A stretch of 63,949 nt of DNA, the filler included, from Octopus bimaculoides (Eukaryota): assembly GCF_001194135.2 (NCBI RefSeq). It is 11 parts of 11 records of this genome, joined end to end, with 100 filler letters (N's around TTAATTAATTAA, not from the genome) between each part and the next. Parts side by side here need not be neighbours in the genome. Positions count along the whole stretch, not along the records: positions 1 to 13,424 come from NC_069004.1; positions 13,525 to 15,906 come from NW_026350149.1; positions 16,007 to 27,054 come from NC_068982.1; 8 more parts are not named here. One strand, 5' to 3'. The notes under the pieces are model-generated. The model saw nothing but the letters and a program-made list of their open reading frames with translations. It was not told where the DNA came from and did no database searches. Positions 1 through 25,000 of the stretch are shown here, in pieces. The translations under genes were made by a program, and so were the position numbers. Numbering within the stretch: the stretch's first letter is position 1; each line of letters opens with the position of its first letter.

Positions 1-62
1 AGATGTCGGCATCTATTTCTAGCATATAGGAGTCCACTTTTGCTGGTCATTCCTCTTATTTT

Positions 63-99
<37 letters not shown>

Positions 100-226
100 C
101 AATGGTAAACAACACAACAAACAGAAATCGTCAAAAACACAACAAGCAGAAAAAGGATGACAGTAGCAATCGGGCCCCATGCCCACAGCCAAAATATAAT
201 AAGAAATATAATAACTACTAACTAAC

Positions 227-13030
<12,804 letters not shown>

Positions 13031-13424
13031 ACAGGGGTAAAAATCACTCTCAGATATCGATCTCTATCTTTTTTTTATCTCGCTGTTATCCGGTATTATT
13101 CTCTATCCCGAGGACACGCGGCTGAAACAATGGCTTTAATTGCAGCACATAAATAAAGAGAAGACCTCAAGACGGGAAATAGCAAGAAGCGGATGGAACG
13201 GCCATGCAGTCGTAGTGTTTTCTAGTTTCCTCCTACTAGAGAGTTCAGTGATTCGGTCGCTCTTCTGTTTCCTGCCTTCATCAATGACTTTCTTTTTTTT
13301 TCTTTTTTTTTGTTTAAACTGAAAGAGCAGAAAATGTTTCCTGGTCTTTCCAAATATATTTAAATTTAGTTTCTGATATTATACCTACCTCCATATACTT
13401 GCAGATGAGATAAAGTAAAAATCC

Positions 13425-13524
13425 NNNNNNNNNNNNNNNNNNNNNNNNNNNNNNNNNNNNNNNNNNNNTTAATTAATTAANNNNNNNNNNNNNNNNNNNN
13501 NNNNNNNNNNNNNNNNNNNNNNNN
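13425..13524. other. Assembly gap with artificial six-frame-stop linker (44 N + TTAATTAATTAA + 44 N); ten such gaps in the window
   Basis: Linkers at 13469, 15951, 27099, 29851, 35352, 50996, 52780, 57650, 60462 and 62875, in 100-nt gaps of the same layout. Confidence 0.95.
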
Positions 13525-13682
13525 AATTTAAGTCATAGCAAAAGTGACAAAAGAAAGGAAGAAAAGAAAAAGAACGAAAGAACCAAAGCACAGGTGTCAA
13601 TGGCAGACTATGTTAGTTTGCCAACATGGTTTACATATAGAAGTACAAAGTACATAAGGAATTAGAGGATGAGCAGAAGTTT

Positions 13683-13798
13683 AATCTTACAGCTGTTTCG
13701 GCCTAGTTTTGGCAGGCCCCATTCTATCCGAATATTCCTATCGGATGACATTTTGAAATGGGGTTACATGCCCGAACCTCTAGGCCTCTTCAGAGATT
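13683..13798 (-). ncRNA. Type I hammerhead ribozyme, complete catalytic core, extended stem II (Penelope-like element/retrozyme type)
   Basis: Minus strand reads AATCT-CTGAAGA-GGCCTAG...CTAGGCC-GAAA-C-AGCT-GTA-AGATT: stem I AATCT/AGATT, core CUGANGA, stem II 7 bp at its base, GAAA, palindromic stem III ACAGCTGT, GUA cleavage triplet (predicted cut between 13688 and 13687). Confidence 0.88.
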
Positions 13799-14799
13799 CC
13801 CAAAGGGTTACATACAGATGTAGAGCAAGAGCTAAAAACAGAGGTGTGGTAGAGACCAGAAGAAAAACAACAGCAAAAATAAGATAGAAATAAAAATAAA
13901 AAATACAATTGAAATAAAAATATAAATAAAAATAAAACTAAAAATACAAATAAGGGTACAGCAGGAAAAAAAATAATAATAGTAGTAAAAAAGAATACAT
14001 AAATGAAGGTATAGCATGTGGGACATGCAAAAATATAAAAAAGATATGTCAAAAAGCCCTTATACATATATATATATAAATATATACATATATATGTATA
14101 AATATATATATATATATATGCATATGTGTGTTTGCATATGTGTGTACCTGTATGTACACATGTCTGTGAGCGCATATATACAGAAAGTGAGAGAGAGAGA
14201 GAGAGAGAGGGGGTGGGGTTGGACAGAGAGACAGAGTTAGATAATTAGACATACACACTCATGTGCACTGTATGCACATACCGCTACAGGCATAAACGTG
14301 CACATACACTTACAAATTCATATACAAGCACATATAGACATCTAAACGCACGTATACATACACGCTGTAGAACATGGATATACAGACTTACACGAAGCCA
14401 TTTGCGTGCACAAATTAACCCAAGATGATGCACATAAATACACACGCATAGACAATACACGCCCACGCATACATACACATGCAACCACACACACAAGCAC
14501 ACACAGACAATCTCTCTTTTACGCACACTCGTGGAAGCATGTCTCCGAATTTCTCCAAGGAATATTGAGATTGATGTTAAGGCAGTAATTGCTAAAACAT
14601 ATGGAAATTAGCTATTTCTCAGACGGCCTCGTGTTTTCCATTTTAGCAGGATATCAATCATACGGAGGAGGAAAGTATTGTCCCCGGAGATGTTTAGTGA
14701 GGTGTTTACTGGTTTGGAGCACCAGAATGACTGGGTGATATTGGTACAGTCAATGCATTTTCATAATTAATACTGATTGGGTGTAGTGGAAGAAAGGTA

Positions 14800-15114
14800 A
14801 GAGAACGAGGGAGAGAGAGAGAGAGATGGAGGGAGAGAGAGAAAAAGTGAGAAAGAGAGAGAGAGAGAGAGAGAGGCAGGCAGGCAGACAGGCAGAGTGG
14901 GAAGGAGAGGGGAAAAGGAGGCCGAGCTAGATAGACAGATAGGTAGAGGCAGAGAAAGGGAGGAAACGGAGAGAGATATAACAAAAGAAAGAGTAATAAA
15001 TAAGAGATAGAGAAATCGAAAAGAGAGCGAGGAGAGAAGAAGTGAAACAGAGAGAAATAGAGAAAGAAAGAGAGAGAAAGAAGGGGAAAGAGTGAGAGAG
15101 AGAGAAAGAGCGAG

Positions 15115-15165
<51 letters not shown>
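14800..15165. repeat. Long compound (GA)n/purine-rich tract
   Basis: Direct inspection. Confidence 0.9.
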
Positions 15166-15169
<4 letters not shown>

Positions 15170-15699
15170 AAGTAAATATATGATTGATAATGTGCCATTT
15201 GGTATGTGGTGGCGTGTAACAATGGCATTGGATCTAGAAGGAGATGGGAAGAAGACGCTGGCCTGATTTGAACACCTATTTGTTCGTTTAGAATTTTGTT
15301 TTGCAACTGCATTGCTTTAGGTTCCATTACATTGTATAACACCTTGGGCAAATATCTTTTACTCTTACCATCGCTTGTTCAATACGATGTGAGTGAAACT
15401 TGCCAAACAGAAACTGAACGGAAGGCCTCAGCCTGCCTGTCTACCTGGAACTCAACTGAGGATAGAAAGCTCCGAAGGACCCTTCCATGTTTCTTCTTGT
15501 CCATTTTTTTTGTAGCGTCTAACTGTCCGGATGTTTTGTTTTCACCTGTAACGTTCTTGTTCCATTTTTTGTTTTCTTTAATAGAATTTTGGTAGTAATT
15601 AACTGGCAGATTTTGGCTGATGAGAAATTAGGCACCTATTTGGCGATAAATTTCGAAACTGGTACTAAGTTGACCAGCATTTACTTGTTCTGACTCAAT

Positions 15700-15906
15700 A
15701 GAGGTTTCTTTCTTTCTTGCCTTTAACCCTCCAACGCGGAGTATAGGCCACTTATAATTGAATTCCATGTCGCATAATTTTTCGCTTCTGTACTTATACT
15801 CTGCTATGAATGTCCCTCTTTCTCTAGTTTATTTTGTGTTGATCTACGCCACGAGCTCTTAGGCCTACCCCTCTTTGTATATCCATCCGGATTCCACTGT
15901 AAAGCA
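15700..15906 (-). mobile_element. RTE-clade LINE 3' end
   Basis: ALQWNPDGYTKRGRPKSSWRR...WNSIISGLYS, stop at 15725-15723; typical RTE C-terminus; cut by a gap. Confidence 0.75.
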
Positions 15907-16377
15907 NNNNNNNNNNNNNNNNNNNNNNNNNNNNNNNNNNNNNNNNNNNNTTAATTAATTAANNNNNNNNNNNNNNNNNNNNNNNNNNNNNNNNNNNNNN
16001 NNNNNNATATATATATATATACACTCTCGTGTTCGATAGTGTATGTATGCACGTGTATATGTGTATGTATTTTAACATTAATACAAATAAATATATATAC
16101 ATATAACTAAATTCGCATTGATTATACGCATATTGTTTGCAGGGTGGTTATACTTTTCTGTATTCAGTCGCTATTTTTCCTCGAGATCTAATAAAACGGA
16201 TTGCTTTTTGTCCAAACAGCCTGTTGTTAATATGGCGACCGAGTGTTCAAAGTTACTTGAGCAATGTTAATAAGAACCTATTGTATGCGTTTGATTTATT
16301 ACTAACGGTCAGTGAACAACTTACAGCATCTGCTATGTTTTCAGACCCAACCTCTCTCACTGCTTTCAATAGGCACA

Positions 16378-16435
<58 letters not shown>

Positions 16436-16683
16436 CTGTGGTTGTTATTATTGTTGTTGCTATTGTTGTTATTATTATCATTATTGTTAAAGGCTGCTTA
16501 GCAAGCTACTCACAACTGTGATTTGTATATNNNNNNNNNNNNNNNNNNNNNNNNNNNNNNNNNNNNNNNNNNNNNNNNNNNNNNNNNNNNNNNNNNNNNN
16601 NNNNNNNNNNNNNNNNNNNNNNNNNNNNNNNNNNNNNNNNNNNNNNNNNNNNNNNNNNNNNNNNNNNNNNNNNNNNNNNNNNN

Positions 16684-16748
<65 letters not shown>

Positions 16749-16948
16749 ACATGTTTATCGGTGTGTCTGTTTATCGTTCGTATGTGTATGTATGTTGGGT
16801 GTGCATGTGAGAGCGTGTTTGTGTGAAGTGTGACGTGTGTGTGTGTGTCTAAATAACATAGATATGCAAATATAGTTATGTATTTAAAGATAACTATACG
16901 GATATATGCTGTGTTGATAGACAGACAGACAGACAGACAGACAGATAT

Positions 16949-16983
<35 letters not shown>

Positions 16984-17449
16984 TGTAGATAGATAGATAT
17001 ACCATACCTGTGTTACCGAAACAAAGGACTCAGCACGATATATAAAACATACGTACTATGGCCTCACCCGTTTACAACAACGCATGAACTTTCAGTAACA
17101 ACAGCTACAATATAATTCATAAAAAATTATAGAGACTAAATGAAAAAAAGAATGGTTAAAAGTTAATAAAATATAATGGAAGTCTTTGAAAATTAGATAA
17201 AATATATAAATTGAATAGCAGACAGTCTTGCGAAGTAAGAGACTGCGGTAATACGTATTTTATTTTAGTTCGTATGTGTCACAATTCTCGTTTTATGTTT
17301 TGAATATCAAAATCAACCTTTGACCTGCAGAAGAACTTAATAAACCAAACACACGTTCATATGTTTCTATATTTCCTATAAGCAGTAAGGAGCAGGCATC
17401 TGTTTTAGAGTGAAGTGTGTTCTTATATTTCAATATTACTTTCTTGAAA

Positions 17450-18560
17450 CTTTGAACCCCATGAAAGCAATCATTATACCAAGCTTGTCGATTCCCAAAG
17501 TGGCGATGAAATTCTAATTACCATAGACTTTCTTTAATTTGTTTTTCAAGGTCATCAGTGGTCTTTCGCCACGTCAACAGCATTACTGGTCTTCCATTTT
17601 GATGTTGATTATGAAAAATATCTTGGGGTTTCTAGTCTCTTTTATATGAAAGATATGCTCCATTCAGGGAACGCAGGGCTGTGTCTATGACCCTTTATTT
17701 CCCAGGGTCTCTGAGACTGGTGCAAAGAGGAGAGAAAATTATCTCCAAACTGAAGATCTAATCTGAATACATGCAGCAGAGTGAACTCTGCTAAAATTAC
17801 CGAAGGTACCAGGTGATGATGCTAAATCAAGCAACTGCTTGAGTTTGCAATCAAAAAACTCAGTTTGCATGTAACCCAGAAATGTTTCAATACAGACTAA
17901 TATTACAGTCCCACATTATCGCTGTTTGGTATCTTATCATTCCATGAAATATTACATATTAAGCCCAGACATTTCATGTGATACGCAACTAAAGAGTTGA
18001 ACTGATTCATGTATAACGTTCAAATTTCAAATCTTTGTTTTAAGTGAAATATTATGATCTTTCCAGAAGCACTGGAATAAATTTCCCAAAATATGCTGGC
18101 TTTCTAAAGACGAATGAATTTCACTATCAATTTTAGCAATTGAGTTTACCGTAGAGCAGAGATAGCAAATCGACCAACTGATGGTCTTTATCGGATTATT
18201 ATCGGTTTTTATGACAAGGTTCGATTATGGTGTATTTGGGCTAAGCTGATGAACAAGTCCATCTTGTCATGCTTAATTGTTCGACCAAAATATACTTTGC
18301 TTGCCTTGGAAAGTCTGCTTATAAGGTTTTGCATCTCTTCCAAAGAATGCGCAACCAATGCACAAACACCGGCATAAGGTAGCTCATGCATCAATTTGAG
18401 CCCAGTTTCCGTCTTTGCATTGAGCCTTTGTGCATTGAAGTCGCGAAAAACTAAGATATTCACACCACTCATGCAGTCATCAAAGAGAAGAAGAGAGCAA
18501 ATAATACAAAGCAATTAAAGTGAGATAAAGAATAGTCCTGCTGAAAGGCCAGTGGTTTCA
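17450..18560 (-). mobile_element. RTE-clade (BovB-like) LINE remnant, RT C-terminal half
   Basis: LNAKTET...LMHELPYAGVCALVAHSLEEMQ (decayed YADD), FWKDHNISLKTKI, HMKCL...ISWNDKIPN, spread across several frameshifts. Confidence 0.75.
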
Positions 18561-18749
18561 AAAGTAATTGGTTACAACATACAATGAGTAAGTAACATTG
18601 ACTATTTGGAAATTATTTGTCCTATCAAAGTGGTATACCCCACAAAACAGTACAATTAAGATTTGAGGCAACAGAAACCACCTCAGTGATACCCTAGTGT
18701 AGACAATAGCTCCCCCCCCACTCCAAGGACACAAAATTATTTCATCTTA

Positions 18750-19790
18750 TCTTACGCCAGCAATTCATAATAAAAAACATGTTTGATTTCAGAACAGATG
18801 GAGCACAGAGGCAAATATCTACTTTATTATCTTGTTGGTCTCCGACTGTCTCAAGAATCTACCGTGCTTAAGTAGCATCAATGTCCATGTAATCTTAAAC
18901 AGTTCATAGGTTTTCCACAACGACACTTGTATAGAGGACAATGTATCAGCGTCCACTCTCAGTGGCACAACAATTCGTAATCTATCACTATTTAGTACAT
19001 TCTCAACGTTTGCAATTGGCTGGACATTGATCAAATAACCGAATGTTTTCACTGCATGACTTATATACGTACTCGAGTCCGATGACTTCAGTTCCTTAAC
19101 GAAACTGCCAAGTTTAGATTTTATCAAACTAGCATCTCACTCTCGCTGCCATGATTTATTTGAGCGTACCTCTATTTAGTTTCATCGACTTTGTTAAAGT
19201 TACCATCATTTACTTGAAGGTATTAGAATTCCTGTAAACGCTGGAGGGGCGGTGCGGTCCACTAGATGCAAAGAAGCATGGAAGAATGCCAGGAAATAAA
19301 GTAAGAAAAGGTCTTCATAGTTGCGGAAGCCGAAGTCACAATTGAGCTATGTTAAAGAGATTTAAACTCAGACAAGATCATTTGACAAATCAACATTAAA
19401 CATTGTCTTTAATTTTTGTTTCACAAGCAAACCAAAATGACTTAAAAGATCAATAATGTAAAAGTAGAACTGTTTCTGAAAAGATAAATCAATTTTGGCT
19501 GGAACAGACAGTTTTTTTTTGTAGAATAAAAATGCTTGATATTGTTTTATATCATCGATACTATTAAGCAAATGTTGTATCTGTTTCGTGACAGTAGTTG
19601 AAAACATAAGGGTCGGTTAAAATTGCACTGACGAGGAACCAGCTTTGAAGTTCAGGGAGAATGATTGGTGGAAAGTGAAAGAGGATAACTCTTGGACTTC
19701 TGTACAACGTTTTATGTGCATCTCAATCGTGGTTAATTACAAGAAATTCTCATTTGACGTAACTCACCTTTAGTCTGAAGTAATGTTCTT
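18750..19790 (-). mobile_element. CRE-clade-like RLE non-LTR retrotransposon remnant
   Basis: GFRNYEDLFLLYFLAFFHASLHLV (compare GIR..DL.L..FL...HAS), LRIVVPLRV..., frameshifted KCRCGKPMN..LHG..C zinc finger, GRFLR(Q)SETNKIIK (compare GR..RH..LN.II). Confidence 0.6.
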
Positions 19791-20074
19791 CCTTCATAAG
19801 TTAGGCAACAAAGTCCAGGTATTGAAATCCGCTGCTTGATGTAAGTCGGTTGTTGATTCACGAACGTACTTTATAATATAGAAAAACATCTCTTTCTCTC
19901 TTTCTCTCTCCCTCGATATATATANNNNNNNNNNNNNNNNNNNNNNNNNNNNNNNNNNNNNNNNNNNNNNNNNNNNNNNNNNNNNNNNNNNNNNNNNNNN
20001 NNNNNNNNNNNNNNNNNNNNNNNNNNNNNNNNNNNNNNNNNNNNNNNNNNNNNNNNNNNNNNNNNNNNNNNNNN

Positions 20075-20109
<35 letters not shown>

Positions 20110-20799
20110 TATGTATGTATACACACACACATACATGCACATACACACACACAAACGCGTAAGCTCCTTTTCATGGGAAAGAAGATGTGCCCAATACATA
20201 ATATAGTATGATTATATTATATTCGGCCAAATGATTATATTTATTCGGCCAAATCATTTGCCGTTACGTAAGTTACGCATTTACATAGTAACAGTACATG
20301 CCTCACATATGCATGTATATTGGTATGTATAAGAGTAATGTTAGTGTAAAAGGTATCCACATTCGAAGACTTACAACTATATGGCAAGACCTAGACTTCA
20401 TCTTTTAGAAAGTCACAACACTTCAAAGTAGGGCGCATCCGTTCGAGTGACAGCAGCAAATCGCAAGTGTTTTTGTATATACCTTGAGTGCTCTCACGAA
20501 TAGGAAGACTTCTGAAGTGACAGTATTCCCTTTTTACTGAAGCACGTGATATTCAAACAGCGGCGTCAAAGTTCAGCCAAATATTTGTAGTCCAAGAGGT
20601 CCGAGTCTTGGCTCACGCTTGAAGAAAAATGGCTCCAAAATGTGGTTATGACAGACGCTTGTGTGACACGAAGACATTCTCAAAACTTTCGAATACATTA
20701 GACTGGTATCAAGCAAAAAATAAATAAATACATAAATAAATAAAGAAAGAAAGAAAAGAAAAAAGATAGCTAGAAACTGCAAGCAACTTTCAAGCAACT

Positions 20800-20883
20800 A
20801 TGAAGACAACTTCTACTATAGCCACGGGTCGACTAATGCCTTGTAATTGGATTTGGTAGACGGAAACTGAGAGAAGCCTGTCA

Positions 20884-20943
<60 letters not shown>

Positions 20944-21145
20944 TTGTGCGTGTTTGTCCCCTCACCATCGCTTGAAAACCGATGCTGGTGTTCTTACGTT
21001 CCCGTTAACTAGCGGTTCAGCAAAAGAGTCCGATAGAATAAGTACTAGGCTTACAAAGAATAAGTCCTGCGGTAGATTTGTTCGACTAAAAGTGGTGCTC
21101 CAGCATGGCCGCAGTAAAATGACTGAAACAAATAAAAGAATAAAA
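20800..21145 (+). mobile_element. SINE family A, 5'-truncated copy
   Basis: Collinear with 38035-38360. Confidence 0.85.
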
Positions 21146-22049
21146 GAACATACATACATACATACATACATACATACATACATACATACATACATACATA
21201 CATACACACGCACACACACATCCAAACTGTTTGCAATTCCTGGCTCTCCTTGGACTCTCTATTCAATTTCTCCGGACATGTAATTCTTTGCAAAAATTTC
21301 TTTTAGCCATTTTTTTTCTTTACAGAACTGATACCGTTTCTCTCGTTTCTTTTATCTAAGTCCAAACCTTTCCTCTGTGTAAAAGCATTTCACAATCCGA
21401 ACACCTTCGCACACAACTCTCACATCCTCCACATTCCTTTTGGCTTTCCAATAAGGAGTTTCGCTAATACCGTATTTGTTAAACAGTGTACCCCCTGCAT
21501 GTTCCGATTATTGCAAGAAATGCATGTTGTAATGGCACCGCAGTATTCGGAAACGCAGTATTCAAATACATAAATACATAAATACATCTCACATCACCAA
21601 TCGATGTCTAGACGTTATATTAAATTTATAATTTTCCGAAACACCTTACGGGGAAAATCTATGAAAATCGATATAAATAAAGAACGAAATAAATGAATTG
21701 GAAGCAGTTTATGTTTTACGAGTTTATCGGCTTGCAACAACAACAACAAAAAAAAGATAGAAATAGACATTTTTTTCACTTTTTTATATTGTATAACAGT
21801 TATTTGTTTCGATTTTTCTTCGTTTTGTATTTGACCCTATGACAGCTAAGAATACTTTCAATTTGGTTTTGACTGCTATCGCTCTCTTTACATTCACATC
21901 TGCACTCATTTTTATCTGCTCTCCATCTCCAAGAATCTCAAAGAATGATATCGATTTTTTTAATTAAGAATTCTTCGTTTGCTTCTTAAGCTTCCTCTGT
22001 TCTGTCGTGGCTGTCATCCTCGTCGTCATATGCTTGTTGTTACTCTAAA

Positions 22050-22560
22050 TTTGAAGGACTCCATCGTTGCCTGTCGACCATTACCGTCGCCCATTCTAGG
22101 CATCCCGGATGTAAATCAAGTTGAGTGATTTCTGCTCCGTCTCCTCAAAAATATTTGTGATTTGTGGAGTGACGAATTATATTTTTCTAAACTGCTCTCA
22201 TAGCCCTGATTGTTGTTCATTCTTCAAAAATATTTTCTAGATGACATATATTCATTCATAATACATTCCAGCAGATTCGAACATGAATATACTATTCGCT
22301 GTTGTATTTCGTCACTGAAAACTTCTTTCAGACGAATATGAGTTCATGATACACTCGATTCATTAGCGTAAGGAGACTTTGGGACAGCCGGTGTTTCAAC
22401 ATCGTTATGTCTCCTCAGTCAAAGCTTTCTCAGACTGTTGAATCTCAAGAGTGTGTGGCTCTTGTTTATAAATCCACTAAATTATTTGTTGATGCGTTCT
22501 GATATCTACCAACCGATAATAAATCGTTATGTGCACACTGATTCACTTCACTCCTACAAT
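22050..22560 (-). mobile_element. Possible highly decayed RTE-type LINE 3' fragment
   Basis: Scattered residues resembling the RTE C-terminus (...VDRQRW); many stops. Confidence 0.3.
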
Positions 22561-23036
22561 AGAATATATTTTCAGAATAACCTTGTTGTCTTTCCAGGTC
22601 ATAAGAACCATCTTTTTTTCGCTGTTGCTATCACGACTAAGACACTTACCTCTTCCTACGACAATCAAGATCTCTTTTTCTCACACTTGTGTCAAAGGCT
22701 CTACAAAAACCGCCATGAGCACTTTCCTTTCACCACTGCGAAAGCTATACAAGAATAACTTTAGAAATACATTTTAAAGATGAAGTTAAGAGCTCGGAAA
22801 AATATATCCTTATTAAGACAGGGAAAAAAACTACATGATGTAAAAGATTAAATGAAAACTACTGCAGACGTCATATGAGAGCGAGTATGGCTTAGTAACA
22901 TGTACCTTGTACTATGCTTTCATGAAACCGCGAATAGACGTAGATATCCTCTTGCTTTGCTGTAATTTTGACTAAGAGAAGGAAAAAAAAGGGAAAACCC
23001 GTTCAGGATGACAACTGAATAGAGAGTGGGTTACAC

Positions 23037-23320
23037 CGGTACTTCTCAAACTATCTGATGTGGCGCACTGGCATTTTTTTTCCAATGTGGCAGGGACCGG
23101 TAATATTTCTTAGTAATAATAATTTATGTCAGAAACAATATATATAATAAATATTATAAAAGCTGACATTTTTTTTTATCTTATATTTATTTTGTAAACA
23201 AATAATACAATATTACATAAGCATTTTATAATGTTTCTTTTCTGGAAACTTGCCGCATACTGGCAGCTGAGGTCTCGCAGACCGGCACCGGTCCGCGGAC
23301 CACCACTTTGAGTAGCACTG
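23037..23320. mobile_element. hAT/Charlie-type MITE (284 bp)
   Basis: TIRs CGGTACTTCTCAAA / TTTGAGTAGCACTG; 8-bp TSD GGTTACAC/TGTTACAC (7 of 8 match). Confidence 0.8.
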
Positions 23321-23914
23321 TGTTACACTAACATTCAGCTGGTAATATTTCATCGGAGTAGACTGGAACAATACGAAACTACATAAAAATACAGTGCTTT
23401 GAACACTACTCTACTTGGTTCAAGAATCGAACTCACGACCTTGCACCGTGAGCCCAACACCCTAAACACTGTGTCACCCCTCTTCATAGTGTAGTAGACA
23501 GTACAAAGGATATGGAGAAGAGCTTGTATTGATTTTCTGCAGAAGTGTAGCGTCTCAAATTTGTTGGATGGACGTGTAGTTGTTAGTTGTCTCTATGGTC
23601 TTCGGTAATTGATTGGTACATTATTTGATCGACCCCGGAAGGATGAAAGACAAAACTAATCTAAGTGGGATTTAAGCTGAGAAGGTAAAAAGCCGTAAAT
23701 AAATGCTGCGATGCATTTTTGCCTAACGCTATAACGATTCAGCCAATCCGCATCCCACCAAAACAAAAAAAAACCCCAAAAAATAACAAAAAAATAACAA
23801 AAAAACCTTGTACTAAGAAGTTAATAGCGGTAACATTGTAAGTTTCTGTATCTCCAACCTTTCTCTATTATTGTCACTTTTCCCCCACCACCGCAATCGC
23901 CGCCATTACCCCAC

Positions 23915-23922
23915 AAGTGCTA

Positions 23923-23971
<49 letters not shown>

Positions 23972-25000
23972 TTACTACTACTCCACCTCCTCTACTGCTG
24001 CTGCTGCTAATCGGCAACCACGATGTCAGGTCAACTGTCCTATTAAACAGTTCGGTTGGAAAAAGCCCCAGATTAGCTTTGATGTATAACAGCGAAAATA
24101 TTTGTTGTTGTACATGTAAACATACGACTTACAGGTGTGGTTGTAGATGCGAGAGGGGTAGCGTTATTATTGGTAGTGGTGGTAGTGGTAGTGGTGATGG
24201 TGTTGGTGTGATCATGTCGGTGGATGAGCGGTGGTGATAGTAATGGTGGTGACGGTGGTGATGGTTGCTGTAGTGGTCATGGCATTAGCATGGTGATGAT
24301 ATTGGTGATGATGGCTCCGGGATGGAGTGCTGCTAGCAGTTGCAACGAAGATGGTCGTAACGGTGGCGATAATGGTGGGGATATTAGGGGTTTGTGGTAG
24401 TAATCGTTGTAATGATGAGGGTTAGCCTGGCGTGCTAACGATTCTGCCAGCTCGCCGCTTTAATGGTGGCGATGTCAATATTGTGGTGGTCATGGCGTTG
24501 GTATGGTGATACTGGTGGTGGAGATCAAATGGATGGTGGTGGTGGCACTTAGTGGTAATAGTCTCGATGGTTAGCAGATTGATAAGTATTTGAACTGATT
24601 TCGTTTAACCCAAGGTCTGCCCCAACTGGGCATTGAGTTGCAGCTCCGCACACATTGTGCATCGGTGATTACTTTTGTACACTGCATCCTTCCCGTTTCA
24701 AGATGGTAGAATGTCATTTAGATAAGATGTGGCTGCTATTTCAAGCTGGTCGAATGACCTTTTGGTGTTGATAGTAGTGATGGTAATGGTGGTGATGGTG
24801 GTCGAGTTCGTAGTTGTAGTGGTGATGGATCATTGATTGTAATGGTGGTGGCGGCGGTGGTAATAGTGATGGTGGGTGGTCGAGTTCGTGGTAGTAGTCG
24901 TAGTCGTGGTAGTAAAGATGGTAGTGGTTGTGGTGGTCGTCGTCGTTTTTACTGGCGTCATTACTGGTTTTGTGGTGGCGTTGATGGTGGTTGTTAAGGT
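23915..25000. repeat. Compound trinucleotide low-complexity region ((CTA)n, (GGT/GAT/GTA)n)
   Basis: Direct inspection; interrupted by SINE fragments. Confidence 0.85.

Noticed and set aside
13125-13424. Divergent head-to-head gene upstream of JMJD6
   Set aside because: Only short ORFs are present, and the contig ends at a linker gap ~390 bp upstream of the ATG.
14767-15351. 194-aa minus-strand ORF
   Set aside because: About two-thirds of it is the (CT)n tract, and the flanking peptide has no recognisable homology.
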